The position numbers were made by a program, and so were the translations under genes. The notes under the pieces are model-generated. The model had not been told where the DNA came from. It ran no database searches and saw only the letters and a list, made by a program, of their open reading frames with translations. A stretch of 64,000 bases of DNA from Squalus acanthias (taxonomy: Eukaryota), in contig CM059431.1 in the NCBI GenBank assembly GCA_030390025.1, forward strand, positions 154,010,001-154,074,000. Reading direction: 5' to 3'. Below are positions 12,230 through 24,565 of the stretch, one piece after another (within the stretch, counting starts at the first letter, position 1; each line of letters begins with the position of its first letter).

Positions 12230-13930
12230 TATATTTATTAAAGAGCATCAGAATCTGGGAACGCCAAAGGGAGCAGATCTCGTGCAGAACCTGCAGCGCA
12301 CACAGGAAGAGGGAGCAGGACATGAGCTGAGTACAAAATGTGAAGTGAGTGACCCTCTAGAGGGGCACCGCAGTCACAGGTGCAGGAAGCCCTGAGTATT
12401 AGAACGGACCAATACATACCTAGTTTTTGGGGACAGTAAGCTAGATAGAGCTTTTGACACGAAGGAGGGTTTTCCTGAGCAACAGTGTGACTCCAGAGAG
12501 CAGGAGGCCACCCCGAGTTGGGCAGAGGTGAGAGGCAGGTGGGAACAAAAATAGGATAGCGATAGTGGTGGGAGATTCTATAGTCAGCTGAATAGACAGA
12601 CCCGTCTTCAGCCCTGAGCAGGTGCCAATTGGGAATATGCATCCCTGGTGCCAGAGCGAAGAACAATCTGGGAAGGAAAGGAGAGAAGAAATTACCCATG
12701 GTCGGAATCAGTAACACGGATAGAAATACGTTTATAGAGAGAATATTGAGACTGAGGCACTAGATTAAAGACAAGGGCCCAGAAATTGAAGACGGAGCCT
12801 TCGTGCGGGGTTAAGGAATCCCCGCGCTTTCTCACTGCGCGCCGGCTTTTTCATTCCGAGCTCGCACGAACTTGATTTTCGAGACAGCAGCTGTGCAGTG
12901 CTTCCGTATCCCACAGGCGCAGTTAATTCGTGCGAGCTGTGGGATCACGTGATTCAGTTAGAGCCAATAGCAGCACACCATCTTTCTTTCATAGTTTTCA
13001 CAACAAGTGCTGTGAAAGCTATGAATCTATACCCCCCAAAAGAACAGCTAAACCTCAATTACATTTTAAAAAAACCCATCACATTAATAAAATAAGTATA
13101 GTTAAATAAATTAACCACTTTAAACAAAAAATTAAATTTTTGAAAAAAATTAAAATCTTTTAAAAAGTTATAAAAATAAACTTACCTTTCTTTAAAGTCT
13201 CTAAAAAAGATATACCTGTTGAAAAAAATTCAAAATAATACTTAATTAACTACTTACCTTGTTAAAAGAGGGTCTTACGCCTCCTTTCTTTATGTGCAAA
13301 ATATTCCATGCTGACCTGCGCGTTCAAAGCACTAAGTGCACTGCGTGCGCGCAGCCTGTAACGCGCACGCGGGTCACTTAGGAACCGCCCCCTTTTGAAA
13401 TCACCAAGTGCCGGTTTTCAGCGCATGCGCAGTGCATGCAGAAAACCGGCAATTGGAGACAGAATACGCGAGAGTACACAGTGCGTACTCTCGCGTAGAA
13501 ACACTAATTTTTGGGCCAAGGTCTCAAGCTGGAGATCTCTGGATTGTTTTGCACTGGGCCGCTTAATGAGGGAATTATGAGGCAGGTCAATGCGAGACTG
13601 CTTGGCTGGAGTAAGGGGGAAGAGTTCAAATTCTTGGGGCAGGAGGGTGAGTTCAGGGAAAAGGGAATGGACGGCCGCGATCTGAACCCACCAACAACAA
13701 TGGTTTCACAGAATAGGTGAATGAAGCAGTGGGAAGGGTATCAGCTGATATGATTAGTGTGACAAATATCCGCATCTGAGACAACAGAGTGGAATTAATG
13801 AAGCTATTGGAGCTGAAACAGAATATTTGTGAAACAGTGAAACATTTTGAGCAGGAAAAAGGAAGTTTGTTTTCGAATAGTGAGAGATGAAGTAACCTGC
13901 TGTTAAAAAGATTGAAATAAAAAAGTGTCA
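12230..13930 (+). mobile_element. Old CR1 ORF1 region; hosts later insertions and resumes at ~19680
   Basis: Esterase-like IVVGDSIV and PGAR remnants; 13775-13930 plus 19680-19810 align contiguously with 2555-2850. Confidence 0.6.
12776..13517. mobile_element. PIF/Harbinger-type MITE
   Basis: TIRs GGCCCAGAAATT / AATTTTTGGGCC; 3-bp TSD AAG/AAG. Confidence 0.8.
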
Positions 13931-13940
13931 ATATTTTGTG

Positions 13941-14100
13941 GCAGTAAAAGCAGCGCGAGCGGCTGGAGAGCACCAGACTTCGGCGGATGTAAAAGCAGCG
14001 GGAGCGGCTGGAGAGCGCGAGACTTCGGCGGCAGTAAAAGCAGCGGGAGCGGCTGGAGAGGGCGAGACTTCGGCGGCAGTAAAAGCAGAGGGAGCTGCTG
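13941..14100 (+). repeat. 45-bp tandem repeat (~3.5 copies) in the CR1 5' UTR
   Basis: Units start at 13941, 13986, 14031, 14076. Confidence 0.9.
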
Positions 14101-14950
14101 AGATACAAAGGACCGGTGAGTGTAAAAAAGTAAAAAGTAATCGAAGTGTCACGTCAAAAGTAAGCAGTTGATGAGTATTTCTCTATTTCTCGCTCTTTTC
14201 CAAACTTGGGCGTCTAAATATAAGTGCCTTGGTGTAGCTTAAAATATATACGTGTTCCAATGTGACGTTGGCGCAGGGGAGGAAGCTGATTAGTGAATAG
14301 TGGTTGAGTGTTTTCTTTTCTTCAATTTTAAGTGAATTTTTTAAGGTAGTTCATAGCTAACGTAGTTCGGGAGAGCGAGAATCCGAGATTTAAATTTGAG
14401 GTAAGAGTTTTTTAATTAAGGTTATGGCAGGGGACCTCAGTCCCGTGCGTTGCACGTCCTGCAGCATGTGGGAATTCCTAGACGCTTCTTGCAGTCAGGA
14501 TGACCACATGTACTGTAAGTGCCAATGGATTGGCCAACTGGAGATCCGGTTTTCGGAGCTCGAGCATCAGCTGGAGGCACTGCAGTGTATTCGCGAGGTC
14601 AGACCTACATGGATAGCACATTTTTGGACGTGGTTACGCCGCAGAATTAGAAAGTGCAGTCAGAGAGGGAATGTGAGACCACCAGTCAGAAGAATGGGGG
14701 CAGGCCGGTAGTCAGGAAAGCCCCAGAGTGCATCTCACTCAACAACTGTTATTCCGTGTAGGAAACGCGTAAAAGTGACGGTTCCTTTGGGGAGAGCTGG
14801 CAGAGTCAAGTTCACGGCACAATGGGTGGCTCAGCTGCACAAGGGGGGAGGAGTAAAAGTGGAAGTGCAATAGTGGTAGGAGACGCAATAGTGAGGGTTG
14901 CAGACAGGCGTTTCTGCGGCAGAAGACGTGACTCCAGCATGGTAAATTGC

Positions 14951-16258
14951 ATTCACTATAAGCCCAATGACTCCCACAGCTACCTGGACTACACTTCCTC
15001 CCACCCCGCCTCCTGTAAGGACTCTGTTCCATTCTCACAGTTTCTCCGTCTCCGCCGCATCTGCTCTGATGATGCCACCTTCCATAGCAGTGCTTCCGAC
15101 ATGTCTTCATTTTTACTCAACCGAGGATTCCCCTCTACCGTGGTCGACACGGTCCTCGACCGTGTCTGTTCTATCTCCCGCACTTCTGCCCTCTCCCCTT
15201 CCCCTCCCTCCCGGAACCACGATAGGGTTCCCCTTGTCCTCACCTTTCACCCCAACAGCCTCCACATTCAACGGATCATCCTCCGCCATTTCCGCCACCT
15301 CCAGCGTGATCCCACCACCAAACACATCTTCCCCTCACCTCCGCTTTCAGCATTCCGCAGGGACCCCTCCCTCCGCGACACCCTAGTCCACTCCTCTACC
15401 ACCCCCAGCACACCTTCCCCTTCGCCCAGCACCTTCCCGTGCACGCGCAGGAAATGCAACACATACCCTTATACCTCCCCTCTTCCCACTGTCCTCGGCC
15501 CCAAACACCCCTTCCAGGTGAAACAGAGATTTACTTGTATTTCTTGCAATTTAGTATACAGTATTCTCTGCTCACGATGTGGTCTCCTCTACATTGGGGA
15601 GACCAAACGCAGATTGGGTGACCGCTTTGCGGAACACCTCCGTTCAGTCCATAAGGGGGACCCCGAGCTCCCGGTCGCCTGTCACTTTAATTCACCGCTT
15701 CACTCCCACTCTGACATCACCGTCCTCGTCCTATTACACTGCTCCACGGAAGCGCAGCGTAAGCTCGAGGAACAGCAGCTCATCTTTCGTTTCGGCACGC
15801 TACAGCCCTCTGGACTCAATATCGAGTTCAACAATTTTAGATCATAACCTCAGCTCCAATCACATTTATATTTTATTTTTTCCACCCTTTTATTTGCCCT
15901 CCCCACCTTTTGTTTTCCTCCTACAAGCTGGCAGCTGTCCTTCATTCTGCCAGTGGATTTCACACTTCTTTCAGCCTTAATCTGTCACATTAACACCACC
16001 TCTAGCCTTGCATATCTCTTAATGTCTCTTAATGTCTCTTCATCTCCCCCTTTGTTCCTTTATCCCCTCCCCCTTATCCCAGCTTTACCGTGGACTTAAA
16101 TCTATATGATTTCCGGCTCTTCCCAGTTCTGACGAAAGGTCATCGACCTGAAACGTTAACTCTTTCTCTCTCCACGGATGTTGTCTGGCCCGCTGAGTTT
16201 TTCCAGCGTTTTCTTTTGTTATTTCGGATTTCCAGCATCCGCAGTATTTTGCTTTCGT
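14951..16258 (+). mobile_element. Penelope-like element inserted in CR1 ORF1, GIY-YIG frame open
   Basis: YKPNDSHSYL...NLVYSILCSRCGLLYIGETKR; TSD catggtaa(a/g)ttgc at 14938-14950 and 16259-16271. Confidence 0.95.
16125..16161 (+). ncRNA. Minimal type I hammerhead ribozyme with intact core
   Basis: AGTT-CTGACGA-a-AGGTC atc GACCT-GAAA-CG-TT-AACT; palindromic AACGTT in place of stem III. Confidence 0.8.
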
Positions 16259-19200
16259 CATGGTAAGTTGCCTCCCTGGTGCCAGGGTCAAGTATGTAAC
16301 TGAACGGCTGCAGGGCATTCTGAAGGGGCCGTGCGAAATGTCGGAGGTCGTGGTTCATATTGGTACCAACGACATAGTTAGAAAGATAGATGAGGTCCTG
16401 CATGAAGAATTTAGGGAGCTAGGTAGCAGATTAAAAAGCAGGACGGAAAAGGTTGTAATCTCTGGCTTACTCCCGGTACCACGTGCTAGTGAGTATAGGA
16501 ATAGGAGGATGGAGCAGATGAATACGAGGCTAAAGAGTTGGTGCAGGAGGGAGGGCTTTAGTTTGCTGGATCATTGTGTCTGCTTCTGGGGAAGGTGGGC
16601 CCTGTACAAGTCGGACGGGTTGCACCAGGACCAACATCCTTGCGGGGAGGTTTGCTCGAGCTGTTAGGTGGAATTTAAACTAACTTTGCAGGGGGATGGG
16701 ATACGGAGCGGAGCTATAGTAGGGGGTGATGCGCAGCCAAACATAGAGGAAAAAGCAAATCAGTTTGTAAGTCAGAGCAAATATGTAACGGCACAAGGAA
16801 GTATGGCAAGTCTGACGGGCATGCTAGTAGTCTTGCGAGTAAGGCAGATAAATAAAGTTGTGGATGAACACATGGGAGTATGGTATTGTTGCTATCACGG
16901 AGACAAGGTTGAGGGAGTGCCAGGACTGGCAGCTCATTATTACGGGGTATAGAATCTTCAGGCGAGACAGATGTGGGTGTAAAAGAGGAGAGGGTGTCGC
17001 AATATTGAAGAAGGAGTCAATTATTGCAGTAAGGAGTGATCATATCATAGCAGGTTCCTCTAATGAGGCCATATTGGTAGAACTTAAAAACAAAAGGGGG
17101 CAAACACTTTCATAGGAGTGTACAATAGGCCCCCAAACATTCAGGGGCGATAGAGGAACTGATATGTAGGCAAATCTCAGAGAAGTATAGATATAATAGG
17201 GTAATAATAGTAGGGGGTTTGAACTTCCCCAATATTAACTGGGATAGTCAGAGTGTGAAAGGCTCTGAGGGTGCGGCTTTCTTAAAGTGCATCCAGGAGA
17301 GCTTTTTGAGCCAGCTCGTAGAAAGTCCTACAAGAGAAGGGGCGGTACTAGAACTAATTATAGGGAATGTAGCGGGGCAAGTGGTAGAAGTGTCAGTAGG
17401 TGAGCATTATGGTGACAGTGACCGTAATTGGATGAGATTTAATGTAGTCATGGAAAAGGAAACATATGAACCGGAGATAAAGGTTCTAAATAGGGGGAAG
17501 GCCGATTTTAATCTGAGAAGGGAGGATCTGGCCAAAGTGGACTGGGATCAGCACCTTGTAGGAAAATCCATATCAGAGCAGTGGGAGTTATTCAGAAAGG
17601 AAATCGAGAGAGTACAGCTCCAACATGTTCCCGTAAAGGTCAAGGGTCGGACCAACAAGGCCAGGGAACCCTGGATGTCAAGGGATATACAATAATGGAT
17701 TTAGGAAAAAATGGAGTCTTTTGGCAGATACAAAGGACCAAAAACAGTGGAAACCCTAGAGGAGTATAGAATGTGCAGAGGGGTACTAAAGAAAGAAATT
17801 AGGAGTGCGAAGAGGGGTCAATAAAAAACACTGGTGTCCAAACTAAAGGAATATCCCAAGGTGTTTTATAATTATATTAAGGGCAAGAGGATAAACAGGG
17901 AAAGAGTAGGGCCCATTAGGGACAAAAGTGGCAATTGTGTGCAGAGCCGGAAGATGTAGGTGAGGATTTAAATGAATATTTTGCATCTGTGTTCATTATA
18001 GAGAAGGACGTAGTTGGCATATAATTCAGCCAGGGGTGTTGTGATATACTTGAACAAATTATCATTGAGAGGGTGGAGGCAAAAGCGGTTTTAGTCGGCT
18101 TAAATATGGATAAATCCCCAGGCCCAGACGAGATGTATCCCAGGATGCTGTGTGAGGCAAGGGAGGAGATTGCAGGGGACCTGACACAAATTTTCAGAAA
18201 CTCTCTGGCCACAGGGGAGGTGCCAGTGGGCTGGAGGTCAGCTAACGTAGTACCATTATTCAAGAAGGGTAGTTGGGATAAAGCAGCGAACTGCAGACCA
18301 GTGAGCCTAACATCAGTGGTAGGGAAATTATTGGAAACAATTCTGAGTGACAGAATTATTCTTCACTTCGAGAGGCAATAATTAATCAAGGATAGTCAGC
18401 ATGGCTTTGTCAGGGGGATATCAAGTCTAACCAATTTGATTGAATTTTTCGAGTGGTAACTAGGTGTGTAGATGAGAGTTGTGCAGTTGATGTAGTCTAC
18501 ATGGACTTCAGTAAGGCTTTTGACAATGTCCCGCATGGGAGACTGGTCAAGAAGTTAAGAGCCCATGGGATCAGGGCAATTTGGCATATTGGATCCAAAA
18601 TTGGCTTAGTGGCAGGAGGCAGAGGGTGAGGTCGAAGGTTGTTTTTGTGACTGGAGGCCTGTGTCCAGTCGGTGTACCGCAGGGTTCGGTGCTGGGTCTC
18701 TTGCTGTTTGTAGTGCACATTCATGATTTAGATATGTATGTAGGAGGTATGATCAGTAAGTTCGCAGATGACACGAAAATTGCTGGATTGGTAAATAGCG
18801 AGGAGTGAAGCCTCAGGCTACAGGACGATATAGACGGGTTGGTCAGATGAGCAGAACAGTGGCAAATGGAATTTAACCCTGAAAGGTGTGAGGTGATACA
18901 TTTTGGGAGGACTAAGAAGGCAAGGGTATACATAATGAATGGTAGGACCGTAGGAAGAACAGAGGATCAGAGGGACCTTAGTGTGCATATACATAGATCT
19001 CTGAAGGCAGGAGGACAGGTAGATAAGGTGGTTTAAAAGGCATATGGGATACTTGCCTTCATTAGCCGAGGCATAGAATATAAAAGCAGGAAGTTTATGA
19101 TGGAACTGTACAAAACGTTAGTTAGACCACAGCTGGAATACTGAGGGCAGTTCTGGTCGCCACACTATAGGAAGGACGTGATTGCTTTGGAAAGGGTGCA

Positions 19201-19811
19201 GAGGATATTCACCAGGATGTTAATTGGGCCGGAGCGCTTTAGCTATGAAGAGAGACTGGACTGGCTGGGGTTGTTTTCCTTAGAGCAGCGAAGGCTGAGG
19301 GGGGACCTGATTGAGGTGTACAAAATTATAAAGGGAATAGATAGGATATTTTGAAAGGAACTTTTCCCCTTAGAAGCGGGGTCAATAAACATATGCCATA
19401 TTTTCAACGTAAGTGACAGGGGGTTTAGAGGGGATTTGGGAAAAACTTCTTCACCCAGAGTGTGGTTGGAATCTGGAATTCACTGCCTGAAAGAGTGGTA
19501 GAGGCAGGAACCCTCACAACATTCAAGAAGCATTTAGATGATCACTTGAAAGGCCATAGCATACAAGGCTAGGGACCAAGTGCTGGAAAATGGGATTAGA
19601 ATGGACAGGGCTTGATGGCGGGCGAAGGCACGATGGCCGAAGGGCAGCTTTTTGTGCTGTATAACTCTATGACTCTAATTCAAAGAATTGGATTTAGGAT
19701 TGACTGTTGTGCCTGTAAATATACAAGTCATTCCAAAGACACTTGGAAAGTCATAGGCATGAAAGATGTGATTTAGTATCTATAAAATAGGGCCTGGGAT
19801 TTCACAGGACT

Positions 19812-20730
19812 GCTGATGATACAAAGCTAGCTGGGACAGTAAGTAGTGAGGAGAACAAAATGAGTCTGCAAAGTGATATAGATAGACTGATTTAGCGGGC
19901 AGTAGGGTGGCAAATGAATTATAAGGTAGGGAAATGTGAGGTTATTCACTTTGTTATGAAGAATAGAAAAAGAGATTTCTTTTAAAATTGAGAGAAACTT
20001 TCAAATGTTATTGTGTTCAGAGTGATTTGGGGTTCCTCGTGCAAGAAACACAGAAAACAAGCATGCATTAAGGAAGGTAAATTATATGTTGGCCTTTATT
20101 GCAATGGGTGTGGAGCATAAGGATAAGGAAGTCTTGCTACAATTGTACAGGTTCTTGATTAGACCACAACTGGAGCACTGTGCACAGTTTTGGTCTCCTT
20201 ATCTAAGAAAGGATATACTTGCCTTGGAGGCTGTGCATTGAAGGTTCACCAGATTGATTCCTGGGATGAGAGGGCTGTCCTATGATGACAGATTGTGTAG
20301 AATGGACCTATAATCTCTGGAGTTCAGAAGAATGAGAGGTGATCTCATTCAAACATACAAGATCTAAAGGGGATGGACAGGGTAGATGCTGAGATTTTGA
20401 TTCCCCCGCTTGGAATGTCTAGAAGTATGGGGCACAGTATAAGGATAAGTGGTAGACCATTTAAGACAGACATGACGACGAACTTCTTCACTCAGAGGGT
20501 TGTGAATCTTTGGAACTCTCTGCCCCAGAGGGCTGTGAATGGTGAGTCTTTGAGTATATTCAAGGCTGAGATACATAGATTTTTGGACTCTTGGGCAATC
20601 AAAGGATAAAGAGATGGGTCGGGAAAGTGGAACTGCGGTCGATGATCAGGCACGACTTAATTGAATGTCTGAGTATGCCGATAGGGCCGGATGGCCTACT
20701 CCTGCTATTATTTCGTATGTACTTTGTAGA
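19812..20730 (+). mobile_element. CR1 3' fragment
   Basis: ADDTKL start, FFTQRVVNLWNSLP, CR1 3' UTR. Confidence 0.85.
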
Positions 20731-20749
20731 CAGGGGCAATGTAGTATTA

Positions 20750-23050
20750 GTAATATATCTATATTTATAAAATGCCTTTGATATGGTATCACATAATAAT
20801 CTAATGAATAAGGTGAGTGCATGCGGAGTTGCGGAACACGTAGCAGAATGGATAGCGAGGTGGCTTCAAGAGAGAAATCAGAGAGTAAGGGTAAAGGGTA
20901 GCTATTCAGAGTGGCAGAAGGTGTATAGTGGGGTTCCACAAGGATCAATGCTGGGACCACTGTTGTTCACAATTTATTTCACGATTTAGACTTTGAAATC
21001 AAAAACACATTTTCTGAATTTGTAGACAACATCAAATTGAGAGTGATAAGTCAATACTGAGGAGGACTTCAAGAAATTACAAGAAGACATGAATAAACTT
21101 GCAGAATGGGCATATATTTGGCAAATGAATTTCAACATAGATTAGTGTGATGTATTATATTTAGGTAAGAAAAGTAAGACGTCACATATTTTTTCGAAAA
21201 TAAGAATCTATATGGGGCAGAGGAGGAAAGGGATATCGGAGTACAAATACACAAATCATTAAAAGTTACGATGCAGGTCAATAAAGCCAAAATAAAAGCA
21301 ACCAATCACAGGGGTTTATTTGTAGAGAGATAGAATTAGAAAGTAGAGAAGTTCTGCTAAACTTTTATCGAACCTTGGTTAGACCACACTTGGAGTAGAC
21401 GGGGCTGGGTCGGAGAGGGTTGGGGATGATTTGCTGAGAGTGCGGGGCTGGGTCGGTGGGGGGTGGGGGAGGATTGCTGAAGTGGCGAGTCTGGTTTCGG
21501 TGGGTGGCGGCGAATGTTTTGCTAAGGGGGCGCGTCTGGGTCGGTGGGGGAGCAGGGCGGGATCGGTGAGGGGGCGGGGCTGGGTCAGTGGATGTTGAGG
21601 ATGGATTGTTCAGGGGTGGGGCTGGGTCTGTGGGGGCGGGGCTGGGGCGGTGTGGGGTGGGAATGGATTGCTGAGGGGGCGGGGCTTTGTCGGTGTGGGA
21701 GGCGGGGCTGTGTCGGTGGGTGGCGAGCATGAGTTGCTGACGGGGCGGGGCTGGTACGGTAGGGGGCGGGGCTGGGTCGGGTGCGGTGGGGAGAGTTTGC
21801 TCGCGGTGCGTCTGTGTCGGTGGGGGTCGGGGATTGGTTGGTGAGTGGTGCGAATGGAATCGCTGAGGGGGCGGGGCTGTGTCGTGGAGTAGACGGTGAT
21901 GGTTCGGTACGGTTTGGGGATGGATTTCTGAGGGGGCGGTGCTGTGTCGGTGGGTAGACGGTGCTGGGTCGGTCGGTGTTGTTGTTGGATTGCTGAGGGG
22001 GCGGGGCTGGGTCATTGAGTATGCGGTGCTGCGTCGGTCGGGTGTGGGGATCGATTGCATAGGGGACGGGACTGGTTCATTGAGTATGCAGGGCTGAGTC
22101 GGTGGGGTGTGGGGATCGATTGCTGAGCGGGCGGGGCTGGATCATTGAGTATGCGGGGCTGGGTCGGTGGGTTGTGGGGATCGATTGCTGAGGGGGCGGG
22201 GCTGGGTCGGTGGTGTGGCGGGGATGTTTCGGGCGGGGGCGGGGATTGATTGCTGAGGTTGCGGGTCTGGTTTGGTTGTTACACGGGGCTGGGTCGGTGG
22301 GAATACTGGGCTTTGTCGGTGGGGGGCGGGGTTGATTTGCTGAGGGGTTCGGTGCAGGGTCGGTGGGTAGACGGTTCTGGTCCGTGGGGTTTGGGGATGA
22401 TTTGATGAGGGTGCGGAGCTGAGTGGGTTGGGTGGCTGGGTCGGTTGGAGGCGGGGATGTATTGCTGATGGGCGGGGCTAGTTCGCTGGGTAGACGGGGC
22501 TGGGTCGGTGGGGTGTGTGGAAGGTTCACTGGAGTGGCAGAGTGATGCTGTTTCAGTGGTTCGTGGGGTCTTGAACAGTGGTGTGCGGTGCTGGGTCGGG
22601 GGTGTGGGGCTTGGTCAGTGGGGTGTGGGGTGAGTCAGTGGGGTGTGGGGCTGGGTCAGTGGGGTTTGGGGTGTTCAGTGGGGTGTGGGGTGAGTCAGTG
22701 GGTTGTGGGGTGTGTCAGTGGGGTTTGGGGTGTTCAGTGGGGTGAGGGGCTGGGTCAGTGGGGCTTCGATGTTCGGCTGTGTCAGTGGGATGTATGAACA
22801 AAAGCACTTGAACTACACAGGGTCAATGGGTGGGAAAGCTCGAGGTTACCGAAACTCACTGCAAAGAAAATATGTATTTGTGGATAACCTAGTTAAGCAA
22901 GAGGAAGAAAAGAATTGGAAGATTCTGCTGATAGGGTTAAATAAACAGGGACGGGAGGAGGTTCAGGTGGAGTATAAACACAGGCATGAACCAGTTGAGA
23001 CGAATGGACTGTTTCTGAGCTGTACATTCTATGCAATTCTCTGTATTAAA
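20750..23050 (+). mobile_element. CR1 fragment paralogous to 3520-4690, interrupted by a minisatellite
   Basis: 20770-21395 aligns to ~3540-4145; 22925-23050 aligns to ~4570-4690. Confidence 0.75.
21398..22790 (+). repeat. G-rich minisatellite (GGGGCGGGGCTGGGTCGGTG..GATTGCTGA units, switching to GGGTCAGTGGGG units after ~22580)
   Basis: Direct inspection of tandem units. Confidence 0.95.
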
Positions 23051-23059
23051 AAAGGGAAG

Positions 23060-23565
23060 TGACGGCGCTTCACTTAAGGGTAAGGCTTCTACACGCCTCA
23101 TCCAATTTTCCATCAGGGCCATGATTTCGATGCACTCAGTCATGATAAGCTCATGGTTGGAAAGGACCTGGTTCGCAAGAGAATGTGCTTGACGGAGGAA
23201 CATGGGGAGAGGTTCGGTGATGTCTAGCCAACCGCCAGTGTCCACAGTCTCAGCGCTGGGAGAAGGGAGTTGGACGGGAAGGAGATTGAGAAGATTAGCC
23301 CCCAGCGGGCGGCCTGGGCGGGAAGTTCGGGGGAAGAGTTGCATAATACAGTTGGGGTTGCAGCTCGTGAGGAGGCAGCAACGAGTGCCACGGTGGGCCT
23401 TTCGGAGGATGTCAAGAGAGGCACAGAGGGAAGCTGTAGACTTATCTAAGATGGACGGCAGCAGGAGAGTAGGAAGGTCGAAGAACAATGAATTGTTGGT
23501 GCAGGAATTTGGGAGTGTAGTGTATCCGAGATAGGAGAGATGAAAGGAGGCATAATGACAGGAGA
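23060..23565 (-). mobile_element. L2-type LINE 5'/endonuclease-start fragment
   Basis: ECIEIMALMENW (ALTETW-like); similar to 11860-11930. Confidence 0.55.
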
Positions 23566-24395
23566 GAAGGAAGGAATGAGTTTGCATTTACTGATGCTTT
23601 CTTCAAATATCTGTGCATTATTTATTAGCTCTTTAGGCAATCGATCGAGAGTTACAACTATTTCTAATTGCTCAGCAGCATCTGGTGATTCCAAGCCATA
23701 AATTTCGACCTCGATTCTCGGATCACCGACCGCAACCATCATATGTTAATTTTCTGGATATATGATAACATATGAATATTTGCTCATGATTTAGCTATGC
23801 TTTTGTGAGGTTTCGACTCGATTCATTAAACGACATTTGTGCACTGCCAGATAGAATCTCCAGAGCTCGACTGCTTCAATTCATATGTTCAACCACATTT
23901 CCACTTATCCGTAATCCCCTACGTCAGTGATCGACATTCACTTGTTATCCCAGACAATTTGTGAAAGACTCTTACTCATCTACAATTCCGTTTGCGGTTT
24001 CGAGCGTCTTAGCTCTGCAGTCTTCTTCAGAAACACTCTTTTATTTCTGGTCCATCCTCTCCCTTTGCTGTTGTCCCCAGATTATTGGTTCCTCTGCTCC
24101 GGACTCCAACAAAGTCGTTAGCACCACTGGCTGGAATCCGTTGCTATGTGCCTGCACTCTTTACTTCCAACTTAATCTAAACAACCTCCACATGTTGCAA
24201 CATCTAGGTCGTTTCTCTTAACTCTACGAAAAAGAGGCAGTTTAACTCGAAATTCCTGCTCTGTGAGGCGCCATTGGCCGTCTCACTGTTTGAAAGGCTC
24301 TAAAGAAAAGCTGCTGCTCTAAAAGTTAGTTCAAATTATTCATTGCTTCAAAGCAAATATTGTATTGTAACCTGTTCTCATTTACACTTGTACAG

Positions 24396-24565
24396 AAAAT
24401 TCAGATACTAAAATGTTACTAATGTTGGCGAGCTACACGGATATCCAGCTTGGAAGAATTATCGGCTGCTACCGTCAGAGACTAGAATCGTCAATTGAAG
24501 AATTCGTTGAAGCTGTTAGTCAGTCGCTCTTAGATGCAAACGTGTTTACTGAAACAATTCATAAG
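24396..24565 (+). CDS. NLR N-terminal cassette 1, exon A (NSDTKMLLMLASYTDIQLGRIIGCYRQRLESSIEEFVEAVSQSLLDANVFTETIHK)
   Basis: tacag acceptor (phase 1), AAG|gtatg donor (phase 0), open frame, conserved in three copies. Confidence 0.85.

Larger units (their letters stand above)
13935..19677 (+). mobile_element. Near full-length CR1 LINE (5' UTR, ORF1 zinc finger/leucine zipper + SGNH esterase, ORF2 APE + RT), decayed
   Basis: ORF1 MAGDLSPVRCTSCSMW..., VHIGTND; ORF2 AITETRL, NFPNINW, DKSPGPD, PQGSVLG, KFADDTK; tail ctctatgactcta. Confidence 0.95.

Noticed and set aside
13941..14100. Ala-rich repeat ORF or CRISPR-like array
   Set aside because: 45-bp tandem repeat in the CR1 5' UTR, no spacers
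21365..22529. Pro/Thr-rich 231-aa and 150-aa minus-strand ORFs (mucin-like)
   Set aside because: Translations of the G-rich minisatellite; no splice or domain support
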